Positions 47,973 to 61,517 of a stretch of 64,000 nt of DNA are shown piece by piece. The first letter of the stretch is position 1. Every line of letters begins with the position of its first letter. The DNA comes from Paraphysomonas bandaiensis (taxonomy: Eukaryota; Protista; Chrysophyceae). Position numbers and translations under genes: made by a program. Below the pieces are notes generated by a model. The model was given only the letters and a program-made list of their open reading frames with translations. It searched no databases and had not been told where the DNA came from. The stretch covers positions 42,520-106,519 of the forward strand of contig CBFFRP010000413.1 in assembly GCA_965644295.1 (NCBI GenBank), in the 5' to 3' direction.

Positions 47973-48131
47973 CTGTGAGACGTTTTTCGACAAAGCGGAC
48001 CAGTCTGGTCCCACTTTATTTTTTTGTAGTGGCCAAAATGACCACAATTTTTTTATTTCGAGTGGGACCATCTACAGTCCGACAAGCCGACAAGTGGAGG
48101 GGTGGTCCACTTTGTCAAAAAACGTCTCCTG
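47973..48131. mobile_element. Tc1/mariner-type MITE with TA target duplication
   Basis: TA|CTGTGAGACGTTTTTCGACAAAGCGGACCA ... TGGTCCACTTTGTCAAAAAACGTCTCCTG|TA, a ~30-bp TIR. Internal TGGTCCCACT/AGTGGGACCA inverted pair. Confidence 0.8.
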
Positions 48132-48313
48132 TATAACGAACCTCCTACACTACTAAACAATATACTCGTTTTTGTGTATGTTTATCTACATGGTGCATCA
48201 TATATCACTATCCACACTGGAACACACAGTATAATCGATATATCAAAGGTCAAAATAATCAATACGCAATCAAGATTTATTATATAAAAGTCTAACTCTG
48301 AGTAAAGGGTACT

Positions 48314-48607
48314 ATGGACGGAACGAACAACAAAATTATCGATAAAATTTGTCAGTACTCTGAGGTAGGAAATATATAGCATCAGCTGTATGATCTGACC
48401 ATACTTCATTCTTTAGAAAGTGGAAGTTAAAGAATTACTTCGTGAGTACATGAGAAGGTAGTTTTCTTTGTTTAGTATTCCGAAGTAATCATTTTAACGT
48501 TTCATAGGATCATTGTTGCTCAACCGGATGATCCTGTACAGTTTTTCATCGATACCATTTCTAACGAACCGTACCAGCGCAATTCTTCTTCTAATGAAAG
48601 GAAGTGA
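48314..48607 (+). CDS. 63-aa RIIa/Dpy-30-type dimerisation-docking domain protein (3 exons: 48314-48364, 48417-48457, 48508-48607)
   Basis: Two GT..AG introns (52 and 50 nt) give MDGTNNKIIDKICQYSEKVEVKELLREYMRRIIVAQPDDPVQFFIDTISNEPYQRNSSSNERK, with the Y..K..V.EL....I....PDDP..F.ID pattern. Confidence 0.75.
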
Positions 48608-50428
48608 TTGTAGTGGAAAGTACTAGCTTAGATTTGTTATCTGGAATTTTGTGTGCCTTCAAATTATATTGCGATTGTATTTTTTATTTTCTCCAACTGT
48701 CAAAGGCAGATAGTTAATCAACGCCGTACTTAGTCTATGGGAGTGTTTTCTTTGATCTACATATCTTATGTAATCTGTCTTAGCGATGCATGTTTTAAGT
48801 GTGGCTTGTCCTCGAGCGTTATTTCCAATGACGTTGAAATAGCAGTTGTTGGCACACTACAAGCGCAGTTGGGGGGTAAAGTTCAAGTACTACGACGTCA
48901 GAGATCATGAAACACCAACAAAAGGAATTACCAAGCGTTACAGTACACATTAAATACCTCCATAAGATATTTATAAATATTAACTCTACCTTGAATTCAG
49001 AAAGTAACAATATTAATACGCTGCTTTAGTCAGTTACCTGTGTTTTCGTAAAACAGGCATAGGGAATTATGTGTTGTGCTCACCATGAATTTCCAACCAA
49101 AGGCTACTGTGTATACACACAGTCTCATTCCAGTACATGAACAGTATGTAATTCTTATATGTTTGCCCTAGTTAATTCATCAGAATAATTCCATTTTTTA
49201 TGTAAAAGAAATTCCTCACTGCTGATATTTATAATGACATAATTATTGAATTATACAATTAGATGACAGACATCACCTGCACAGGTTTATAGCGGCTAGA
49301 GTTGATTGATTGTAAACTTTTATTATAAGGTTATTAGCTATCCTTTTGTGATGAATGTTAATACTATAGTCTTTTTTCAATGTATAACATAAAACATACA
49401 ACTTTTCTCCGCTCACATTTAGTATTTAGTGCTTCACTGTATCAAATGTGGCATCTGTGTGCTTCTTTGTTCCTTATTCTTTGCATATCTATCAAATTTC
49501 TCTCAACTACACGTATGAAGGAGCTGTTGCTTCAGTTTTAGGGTCAACCTGAGTTCTATCTTATGCGCAAATGATATTTACGGTACAGATGTTAAGGAAA
49601 ATAACAGTTTCAATAAGAAGTGTTTGGGCTTTACAGTCGAAAGCTTTGTTGACCAAAAAATGGCTCTCTTTTTAATTTTCTGTATGTTATTAAGAATGTG
49701 ACTACAAGCTACAATTCGTACTGACATATTGCATACTAACAAGACATTCAGTGGCTTTAGGGAACCTTTTATAATATTTTTAGAAAATTGATATGGGAAC
49801 TATCACATCATTTCGAGTTCGCATAACTCATAGCAGCATACATCAAATCAACCCCACTGAGTTCTAACCGCATTTACAATGCAAGATTATTGTCTGTATG
49901 TAGAGCTGTCGTAGTACCAGTTCTTCTAATTCTCTGATTTAATTATTTCATCAATAGCCAAGGTTAACATATTCAGAGTCATCAGAGAAGCTATTTACAC
50001 AGTGTTGTTGCAGCTACCATAGTGGCTGCTGTTGAGAATATATTTGATTGCAACTTCCCGAAACTATAAGAAATCTTCAGGACCATATGAACCTTCTTGC
50101 ACTACGGTGTTCCTGCATGCACGTTTACCTAAACGTAGGACGGTATTTTATTGTTATACGGATATAGGAATGTTTATACATGTACTCGTAGTGTGTGCTG
50201 ATGATGAGGATCAGTCCGATGAGAGAAACCGAAAACGACCGTTTCCCAAAGAGCATACATACATAGATGTATATCTACGTATCGTACAGCACGGTGCTCT
50301 GCTGCTGTTGTGGTGTGTGACTAAAAAGGACTGCTGAATACAGACGATTCAACGGCCATACCATCTCAATCACAGCAAATATTGTCAGGCAGATAAAAAG
50401 GAGGTGTGACTAGCAGAGGAACTGCAAG

Positions 50429-53374
50429 ATGAGTTTCCTTGGAATGAATACACACCAGGGCTCTTGGGCTTATGTAAGTTGACTGTGACCTTCAACACGT
50501 GTACCCTCATGTATATTCACAGCGGGCATCTGGCGGTTTCGCACGTCCCAAGAATTTTGAAGATCAGTGTAGATCAACTCCAGATTTAAATTCTTATGAT
50601 ATGGCCAGGCCACAAACTGCACATGGAGAGAGAATCAGGCAGCTGAATAAGACTATGAGTGAGATGCAGTTCTCTCGCCCTGCGACTGCATGCAGTTTGC
50701 GTCCAAAATCAGCTTCATCTACGCGACCGTCTAAAGGAGCCAGTCAGCGCTTACGAGAATCATTAGATTTTGCCAATCAGACTGCTGATGCAATTACAAT
50801 GCACACATATTCGTCAGAAAAAGAGCTCCAGCGACCAACAACCGCCTCTGGAACGTTGCGCATGTCACAGTCGTTTAACAAAGTTCCGAAATATGTAGAG
50901 ACATATAAACAAGTGCTTCGTTTCTATTGTCATTTCTTTGACAAGGATGTACAACGCTCTCGTAAACCCCTAAGAAAATTTCGTTCTGCCTCCACAGCTC
51001 GCCTGTTCACGCTATTAGTCTATGTGGAGGACACGACGTGCGAGTTAGCTGAAGAACGAACTCCGAACTCAGGTTTTATCTAGAATACGCCATTGTCATT
51101 TTCCTTACTGTGAGCGTTTAGGCATTGTTGGTGGTCCGTTCTACAAGAGGGGAGCTTTATTGAAGAGCGATGGTACTGTTTTCGAACCCACCGATTTTAG
51201 TGTCGGTGGATGCTTCACAGCTCTTGGTCACGACTTCTTTATAACAGACTGTGATGATTTCACAAGGGAGTTTTACAGGTAAAATACATCTCTACCTTGT
51301 TGGAATGTAATAGTACGGTTCTTTGTCAGACGTGAATTCGGTATTGTGATGGCTCCTGGTGCCCCTCGTCCGGCTGTCGCCAACCCTGCAATCGGTGCTC
51401 AAAACTCTACCGGGCTGGGTGGTACGCGTGATCCAAAGAATAGTAAAAAGAACTATGGAACCCGCAGTGTGGATTATTTTGAGAAAAAGGAGCTTCTGGA
51501 CAAGACGAACAAATTCATTAACTTTGATAATCGGTCTCTACGTTTCAGGTGCATCGAGGTCACTGATGACCCGCACAATCCCGAGTCCAATGGTCCAAGT
51601 ATCAGCTATGACGCGAAGAAATATCTACTTACGTATACTCTGTGTGATGACATGGTGGAGGTGCGCATGTTCAAATCAAGCCGCAAATCTTCCCATGATC
51701 CCAAGATGCTTCTAAAGAAGTCGAAGCTTCCCAAAAATTGGCAAGACGTTCCCAGGCATCGCCCTCTCATCTACTACAGTCCAGATGACTTCCACTGTGG
51801 TGCGGTTATTGATGTGTATGGCCGTAAACTTTTGATACTTGGATGCGACAATGGTACACGTCAGTACTATGCTGAACGAGGAATTCAGCAGGATGAGATA
51901 GAACTCGAGGAACCTAAACCTGTTCTTTACGAGCAGCCCGTTCCTCAACTTGGAGACGGGTTCCTGGCCATAGGCGGAGAAGCGGACACTCTTCATACAG
52001 TTTATGGGCATCCGAAGCCCCAGAAGAATTGGAAGAAAATTCAAAGAAACCTTGGACAGATCATCCGCTGTCGTTGCAAGTTGTTGAGCGCAAATGCAGT
52101 TGACAGCTCGCGTAACTTCATGCTAACTTTTCACCTTGAAGACGACACGATAGGTGTTTACGAGGAAGTCATCAGAAATTCAGGAGTAGTTGGTGGGAAC
52201 TTTTTAAAAAGAGGGGTCTATGTGAATGGCCTGCCACCTGATAGTAACGAACCTAGACCGTTTATTCCAACTGATATATACCTGGGCAATGTAATCCTAC
52301 TAAATGGATATGAGATGCAGATTACAGAAATGGACGATATGAGTGTACGTTTCTGCGAGGAAAACTCTGACGAGTTTCCCTTTTTTGATACCTTTGCGAT
52401 TATAAATAATCTGATGGATAAAGTTTTGGAAATGGGAATAGATATTCGCGACACTATAACAAGACAGTACGACACTACTGGCAGCGGCTGGCTCAAGGAT
52501 GAGAGCTTTGTAAAATGCTTGGATGACTTAGAGATCAGTCAGGAAATGAATGATCAGGAACTAATGACTATGATGCGAAGATTCAAAGAAGTTCTCCAGG
52601 GCAACTTAGTGCAGAGGCGAAATGTTGCCGACAAGTATTATTATCACGAAATGTGTGATCTCTTCTCCCATGCACACTGCATAAAAAACCCTCAATCTGT
52701 GAACAAAAAAAATCTGGACGCATTGGGGCGCCTTTTACATGACCTACGAAGTAGACAAACGCAGTGGAGAAGGTATGTTCCTGTATAATTGTTGCATAAT
52801 TTATGACATGTGTAATAGGGCTCTTCGTATGGATATTCATTCAGTGGATCACTACATTACAATTGCTCATTTGATTTCGTGCTTCGCGAAGAGTGGATTG
52901 CGTCTTAGTTTGCCTCAACGACGCCTAATTGTTCAACATTACGCTATTCCAAGCGATGAAGCAGAGCCATTGCTTCCGGTCAGTGTCTGATGAGTAGCGA
53001 ATAAGAAGTATGCTTATGGTTGTTATTGCAGAAATTGAATCAGGTTCATGACATTGATCAGCTAGAGGGGACAATGTCAATATCACATGCGGCCAAGGGT
53101 GTTAAAAAGAGCACAAGCAAAGTTCTCCGATCACTCCGCCGCTTGGAAAGTCAAGAGGAGGAAGTGGACACGATTAACAGGAGAAGGTCATCAATGGGAA
53201 CGTAAGTGTTTCATTGATATGTGATAATATGTTGATTTTCGGGGCAGGTCTATTCTTCGGTCAAAAGATAAGACTGCGTCAGCTGCTTCTACCGAAGAAG
53301 AATTCGACCCAACAACTATCGTCATTGACTTTGATAAGTTTTGCAATGACATTTATGTCTGTGATTGGGCATAG
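50429..53374 (+). CDS. EFHC1/EFHC2 (Rib72-like) axonemal DM10-domain protein, multi-exon
   Basis: Three DM10-like blocks (VLRFYC..NSG|IVGGPFYKRG; SLRFRC..LLKKSKLPK..CDNGTRQYY; IRCRC..EDDTIGVYE..RNSGVVGGNFLKRG) and an EF-hand-like YDTTGSG. Short introns join the track ORFs. Confidence 0.88.
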
Positions 53375-53927
53375 TGTCTTTATTTTGGTTGCAGAATTGG
53401 ATGATTGAGTGGAGATGGATATTACCTTCTGAGTTATTTTGTCACATTCGTGGGTATTGTAGAAAATGATATGGAAAAAATATAGTTGAGCAATGTAGAT
53501 AAAGGGATGATGGTTTTGATACAGATGACCCAAGATATTCTATGTAGTTTCACGCCGGTCCATTACATTCTATGCAGATTTAATATATTGTTGTAATAAG
53601 AATTATCCCTTGAATATTAATGCATGTATGACTGCAATGCTAGAAATGCGTCCGGCCATGTAGTTGACGTTATGTAGTTGACATAACACCTTGCGGCTGC
53701 TCCAAAAGAATAAAAACACGTTACGAATCAGGGAAAAATTGTTCACTAGTACAGCACTATATGTCACTGTAGTTACAGGATGTATTGGTAAATGCTAAAG
53801 AAGTTGCATTAAAAAGTGACCGCAGAAATTATATTGCTTAATCAGGAAAAGATCGTCAATTTGTGTCTAGTATAGATTTATGTCGACGTAGAGTTGTAAT
53901 ACTTTTTCGAATATAACATGATGGGTG

Positions 53928-54910
53928 GTAGTGAATGTCTCATTATCAGCAATAGGCGTGTAAGAGTGAGATCTAATTTAGCATCGCAATTTAACTAACA
54001 GCTAACAAGTGCTCAAGCACCTCTGATATCCTACTTCTTAACGCTACTAAAGTTGCGTGTGCGTCACCGCAAGTACAAAGGTGCAACCACTTCGCTCTCT
54101 GTCCTTAAGGTGAACTAGCCCGGATGCTTGACTTCAGCTGCAGACGGCCCTATACCGCAGATGCCCTTGAGGTGGGCCCTCCCTCAACAAAGTCACACTC
54201 GCACATTTTCGTGGTGTTCTGGGGGATAAGTACCGGAGAGATTCTCTCTGGGAAACTAACGTGAGCCACAAACATAGTCAGCAGATATTCTTCTGCCCAC
54301 TCATAGCCGAATGCTTGTGTGGTACAAGGGACACCAATAAGTGTTACTTGTGTAGACGTCTTTTTGGGCCCTGACGAATAAACAGACATCGGGGACTGGG
54401 CCCACCTCAAGGGCATATCCGGGACAGGGCCCACCTGAAGAGTAACCGGGGTATTGGGCTGCCTGCTGAAATCAAGCATCCGGAATGTTACCTTAAGAAC
54501 TCAGAGCGGAAGTGGTCGCACCTTGGTGCTTGCGGCGACGCACAAGCAGCTTCCGTAGCGTTAAATAGTAAGATAAAAAAGTGTGTACTGATTAGTTACA
54601 GGTAGAGGCCTAACTAGTTTGTCTAGCATTCATCTAGCTACTAAGTTGGTGCAGGTTTCAATAATAATAAGACTTTCAATATCTAGGTGGGCCCATTCCC
54701 GGATGCCTGTGTATTCGTTAAGGCCCAAAGAAGTCTACACAGGTGACACTTATTTGTGCCCCTTGTACCACACAAGCATTTGGCTATGAGTGGGTAGAAT
54801 AATATCTGTTGACTATATATATGCGGCTCACGTTAGTTTCCGGAATAAATATCTCCGGTACTTATCCCCCAGAACACCACGAAAACGTGCGAGTCCGACT
54901 TTGTTGAGAG
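53928..54910 (-). mobile_element. Full-length SINE-like copy split by an antisense copy
   Basis: 53928-54179 plus 54695-54910 rejoin into one copy. Flanked by TAAC(ATG)ATGGGTG and TAACATGGGTG. Confidence 0.85.
54180..54684 (+). mobile_element. Full-length SINE-like copy nested in antisense
   Basis: TSD AGGTGGGCCC at 54170-54179 and 54685-54694. Confidence 0.88.
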
Positions 54911-55379
54911 TAACATGGGTGCAGACGTCTTTGGGCCCTGATGAGGGTGCTAATGGCCCCCATGAGGGTTGGGGAGTAAAAGTGATTCATCCGTTCTCCT
55001 TGTTTTTGATTTTCGTCTAGAGGTTTAGAGTTCAGATACTTACTTCCTTATTTCGAAGGGTTAATACGTAGAATTCGGACAAGCTGGATTGATTTCTCAC
55101 ATTCTACGAAGCGGTTTGTATATTTCCTGGCATGCAAAATGTGATGTAACAATTCTTCACTTTTAAAAGTTTTCATGTGTTAAGCTGGGAATAGGTTTAT
55201 AATTACAAGACATCAAGTAGAAATCAAAAATCACCAAGAAACGGGACATACTTCTGTTTTAAGTTTGGTCCGTTGTGAAAAAGTAGCTCAAAATTAGAGA
55301 ACAATACTATCAATAAAATAATCGGTTCATGATGATTTCAATTGTCACCCAATTTGTACAGAGTGAACGTGGGTAATAT

Positions 55380-58300
55380 TCAAAAGTTCAATTTAAATTT
55401 ATCGGTGAAAGACACTTCTCCATCCAACGCATTCCATTTTTCGTGTGTTGTTACTACGTTATCACTTCTATCCGGAGTGTTTCCGTCAACTCCAGAAGGA
55501 ACATCAGTTGGAACGTCCTCAATAAAATCTCCATCAAATTGTGTATAAAACTCGAAATTCATATGCACTTCAGATCGCTCAGATTTCTCCTGCACTGTAC
55601 TTGAACAGGGCTGTTGTACAGGCTCATCTAAGCAGTCACGACTTATATCAAACTGATTTTTAGAGATACCACCCTCATCCCCGCTGCACAACTTTTCTAC
55701 ATCCAAACAAATTTCGTCGCTTGACTCAAAATGAGGGCGAACGCTATTATGATACACTCTAACCAAGAGTCGCATCGTACTATTACACCGATTCAAATTG
55801 ATCAAGTTCCTCAAAATCGAAAGCAAGGTAAAATAGTCCGACTTGGGTAATAAGTTTCGATCAATACAACCATTACAAGTGTTGTGTATATAACTATCTT
55901 TTAGATCAATGTAATAGGAAATGTGAAGAAGGCATGTCAAACATTTGAACAGCATAACTGAATGCCGCACAGAAATTTCAATTTTTGGTGTATATTCAAA
56001 TGTCCAATACCGATTCGCGATTGTGAAAAACAAAACACCTTGCCGATAATAGTTGTATGACCCTAGTGGTTGTGAAACAGTCACTGTTGTGCATGATTTG
56101 AATAATGAGTCAACGCAACTAATCGCACAATCCATATAGTTTACAACAAGTGTAATCAAGTTCGCGGAAATTAGGACTGGATCCACCTTTCTGAGAAAGT
56201 TGGCAACAGAATCAATAACCATCAAATACGCGATAGGCTGACACTCGGTAGCACTATATAAACTCGAAAACTTTGAAACCGCGTGGTGACAAATAACTAT
56301 ACGGTCGCAATAAACCCTGATCAAAATGGTGATACGGATGTAATTATTTCAGGTCTATGCATTACCTAAATGTAAATGTATTATCCATTGCATATTTCGA
56401 TAGAGGTGATGCGGACGGACGTTCTCTCAATATATTATCTAAAAATAAACTGAGCACAGCGTGCAACATTCGAAACCTACATACACGAGATGACTTAGAA
56501 GTAGTACATCGTCAAGAACACTTACATATTTCCGCTATACTGTAAAGCGCAGTGCATTTCACAATGCTCACAGAATAAATGCATCGCGAGTTCTACAGAC
56601 TGCTGCACTTTATTTCTTTTAAGACTAATAACGGGGACATATGTATGCCTCTCATAATTGGATATTTCAGAGGTCGAGTTTTCTGTTTCATATCTCCAAT
56701 CCTTTTTCCACAAAACGTCTACAAACATATCGCAGGGCAAGATTAACAATAGCATTGACATATCACTGATAGTTTGGAATTTCCATTCAATTTTATTGTT
56801 TTCTGAAAATAGAGGCTGCAATTGAACATTGAACACTCCGCTAGGTTCACGGTGTACATTCCATGTATGAAATTTGTGTCTACACTTAATCGGATCCCAC
56901 TTTCCTACAAATAGACTTGTATATGCCTTATTCCTTGGCAAAATAAAGGATCTACTCTCATCCGCAACGTCTTTGTCATTGTATGTGTCTACAAAATTGC
57001 AAAGCAACGACTCCCATATTGGTAATTGTGATTGAAACTCCAACTCGATCCACTGGGGACAACAAGCAACTTCAAGAGAGAAATAAACAAAAAAGAATAA
57101 AACGAAGAGAACATTAGCAGTTTGAGAGTTTATACGAGTCGAATAGGAAATGTGAAGCAGTTTCACTAGACGAAAAAAGAAGTACGACATGTGATGAAAC
57201 TCGGCCGGGGCCCATATCATAAAAGTCAAGATACCCACTACAATATTCCTTTGGCTAAATATGTCGGACAAGACAGATATCACACCCTCATGTCCTATGC
57301 ATTCTAGTATATCGACGCATACGCAAAGATACCTCAGCAATAAGTCCGCATTGTCCGCGCTCAATGAGCCCAGAGAGCAGTATAAATTCTCCAGCAAACC
57401 AGTCATTGACACTTGTATTACAGGAAGAATGATGCCATATCGTGCACGTCTCACAGCATTCAAGCACGATTTATCCACTGATATGCTGGTCACACAGCCA
57501 GCATGGTCATGGGTAATACTACTTCTACTACAAAGAGCGTGGACACAGCATATCGTGCGGGAAGCGAGGTCGGGATAAATCATATGGCTATCACAAACAG
57601 TTATATAGCTCGTATATCCATCCAGCAATACTTGAATAGTGCCAGCTGTGGCGTAAACGCATTTACCAGGGGGTAAGGTAAAGTTTTCTGTGGAGGAGTT
57701 GATGTACTTCTCCAGAGGAATAAGGGTCAGCAGGCCAGTGGCCGAGATGTCTCTTAAATCACGAGTTATCAAAGCAAAAGTTTCCTCACGGAAGACCAGA
57801 CCTGTCGCAACAGTTCCTAATTCAGAATCAAGAATACTCAAACAGTTAAGAATGTGGTTTCTGGTCATTTCATCCTTAGTTCTCGTGTATATTGCAGACA
57901 TTAAAACTGAGCTGTCATGAACACTTAAGCTACAATTGTTTAATATATCAATAACAATTGAATTCACTGTGGCATAGAAGTTCTCATCTAATGTACAACT
58001 CAAACCCCGCGCGCTATCCGATGTTTGTTTAACCTGAGCTACTGTGCGTGACACAACATGGCAACACATTGACAAACTACAATTATACAAGTTAAATCAT
58101 ATCTTCATAACAACAAGCCCAATTTACCAGTTTAACATAGGATCTTCATACATGAGTCGCGAAATTCGACTCAACAAGATATCAATGTTTCTAATCATTG
58201 ATGATGTGACGAATCCAGTACATCTGCAGCTGCTGATAATACCAGCTGCAATAGATATTACTTTCAATACTTCGTTTCCACGACCGCCAGGATCCATACA

Positions 58301-60263
58301 CCTGTTAACCCCCCACTCACAAACCTACATTGAACTATATTAACAAAATGTAAAAATTTACGCGTCCAAACACCACCAATTGAAGCTTCTCGTTTCCGCA
58401 GGGCGCATCTTTAGCTCCTCTTTCAGACAATATCGTTAGCAAAAAGCAAGCCGAAAGTAATTGACCTCCTGTGTCGTTCACGCAGTCCACAATACTAGGC
58501 AACAGGCTGGTGCGTACATCGTAGTACTTCGACCTCGAAAATTGCAATGCGTCATTCAATGATACGTCAAGTAGCTGCGTTACATTTACACCGGAACGGA
58601 GTAAAAGGTCGACAACCGCTGCGATAAAATTGCGATCGCGGGTCGTGAGCAAAGCTGGTTTCAAGCCAGAAATATCTGAATGATTTCGACAGCTAAGCCA
58701 ACACCTCATTGAGAGACAAACTATGCCTACCAACGAAAGTGTGCAAACGACAGAAGTAGTCCCCATCATAATTTTGAGTACGAAAAGAAACAAGTCGAAT
58801 GAATCAGTTTTTAGCGCAGTGCGTAGAGCACTGTATAAAACAAAGGTAGAAAATAGCTGACTGGGGTAAGTGCAGCATGATATTATACGCTCTACCAATA
58901 CTAATTCTGTGCTGTCTGGAGCAATGAGCATACGCAAATGAGCTTCCTTCGAACAGAAGAGGAAGAGGTTGACACATTCTTCCTCCCCGGAAGTATGAAC
59001 AGCTTGTCGATAAAACGAATCCACTAAATCTAAAATTATCGGTTCTGCTTGATGATCAATTGCTGATGAAGTTTGATAGACACAACTCCACAATGTAGAT
59101 TGCAGTCGTTGTAGCAATACTGGGCAGTATGGAGCAGTAGAGAGAGTGCTAACAGACACAATTCCCATTACCCACGACAGTATATTGATCAACTCCTTAA
59201 ACCTGTCTCTGGAAGGCATTGCGATTTCAAGCGACTCTTCATAAAGTTTCATTACAATGATAGAGCACCGCATTATGGTGTTCGTTGAGCGCGCCACAGG
59301 ACTTTCCTCATTGCATATACAAGTCCCTTGGTCTAAATGGTTTCCAGTGATATCTTGATCAAGGGATACATAACAGTTCGACGCAACAGATGAAATCATA
59401 TCAACAAGATCGACAACAGTAGATCTTACCATTCTAAAAAACAAATCCGCATCTGTTACAGTCCTGAACATTGAAATACATTCCACGAGGCACATTGCAT
59501 CTGTTGATGAGCAACCAGAAGACATAAATCGTGACCCTGTTGAAACCCGACGACATGCATACCGCAGCATACTGAATGATACGACTTCATTGCAACTGTG
59601 TTTTCGCTTTTTACAATTTGCTTTGGCTCCATTCAATAACATTTTTTTCAGGCCAGGTAGATAGTGACTTTGTATGTGGGAAAAGTACTCGTCGTTCCAT
59701 GCGACTTCCACATCCGGACAACTTTCTTCCGCTGTAGGAGATATGCATACCTTTGAATTCAAAACGCTGTGAGCTATTTTCGCTGCAGTGGCAAATTTCG
59801 CCTGCAACCTCATATGCAAGGAGCGCATATCGGACGTCACAAAAGTGCTACTATCATCAGCAGCAGATATATTAACCATTGAAGTAACTCTATGGTATAC
59901 ATCCAGCGCACACTCGTAGTCGTAAAGACTGTATAGCTCCATAGGAGGAAGTCTGTAACGACCTGCAAACAGCAATTTTGACACGCTTATGTCTGAAGCT
60001 GGGGCTCCTCTGTGATGACTATCAGTGAGAATCTTCATTAATACAATCTCATCCGATAAACATTCCAACACAGCGTGTACCCTCTCCGCAGATAACCAGT
60101 TCGCCGCTATGATCAGCTTTACGAACCCCTCTAATAAAGAATCGTCACAACCAGTCCTTTTAAGCGCACTGTACATTGCCTGAAACTGTTCCACAACTCC
60201 ATCTTGGTGAAATTCTTCCGGGAATTCAAATGACTGAACATAGTGATCAAATATGCACTGCAT
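55380..60263 (-). CDS. Large multi-exon hypothetical protein (boundaries approximate)
   Basis: Three long collinear minus-strand ORFs (642, 522 and 314 codons) separated by short gaps with GT/AG sites. Leu/Ser/Cys-rich and helical-looking. No motif recognised, start codon unresolved. Confidence 0.65.
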
Positions 60264-61517
60264 CGGAGACTGAAAGAATGATCACAGCTGTGACCTTATT
60301 AAGAACATCGTCATATTTGTTTGCAGTGGTTGACTTTTCTTTCGCTCTGCCCGGATTGAAGTGACTTCATGACTTCCTGTCAGAGATGAGATCGAGAGGT
60401 TTCAAGGGCCACACAGGCACTCTTCACTACCGGAAATAGAAATATCCCAGTTTTGTTTCAAATTTACTTGCAAAATACGGTTTTTATGAATGTCTGTATG
60501 AAAAAAATATCCTGATTTTTCATTCCACACACTTTCAACGGCTTGTTTGCTTGTTGTTGCTTGTTCAATTCGATACTCTGCTGCTGTATGGGTGCCGTCG
60601 CTTAGCTCCTGTTGGAAGATCTACAATAGATGTGTGATCATATTGATGGTGCAGTGCAATAATGAAAAATGATATCAGTTGCAGAAACGATATAGAAGGA
60701 TTGAGCTCGCTGATGATCAAGTGGAACTGTGGCATATTACTCTCTGCACCGTACGGTAGATATTCAAGAACTCGATCTCTGTGTGAGGTGGAAGGAAACA
60801 CTCATTGCTCGAATTATCTGATCTATAACGATCTGCGTACTGCACAAACATTAGTAGACCTCATTCATGGTTTAATGATGGAACGGATATTCTGATTTGA
60901 CCACAAGTACGATTGCCGACATTGATCGCGTCGCAGTTTTTCTTGACAATAATGCCGACTCAAGTCTGTATGTAACTGTCATTGGTTTCACCACTGTGAC
61001 ACTATATGTTCAAATCTAATATGCTGACTTTTACGTCAGAGAAATTGGGGTTTGAAGTAGTTAGTATGGTACTTGGAATCATTGCAGAATCGATGCACTG
61101 CAAGGTATATGTCATACGAGTATGACTACACTACTGAAGATAACAAGGACTACGTAGAGATGTACTTGAACTCCTTTCAGCCTTCACTATATTCGTCAAT
61201 GTGGAATTAGGCATGCGTAAACATGGAAAGGGGAAGGTCATCGGGGGGCGCTTGTGTCGCTTAGACATTCCTCCTATGTCGGAAAAATGATTTGTTATTT
61301 CTTCAGTTATTTTATATAAGAGTTCTTATATAGATCAAATAAATAAAATTAATTCCTTTGTATAAATCCATTGAAGGAAATATACTCTACAAACTGGATA
61401 AACATTTCACAAATATAAAAGAGAAAAATAGTTTCAAATTTCCTAAATCCATATAGTATATCCAGAGTAAATATAATTTAAATTGTATTTTATACTATTT
61501 AAAAGAAAATATCCCCT

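Noticed and set aside
54150-55020. ORFs 54150-54479 and 54790-55020
   Set aside because: They lie within non-coding repeat copies, and the frames are not conserved among copies.
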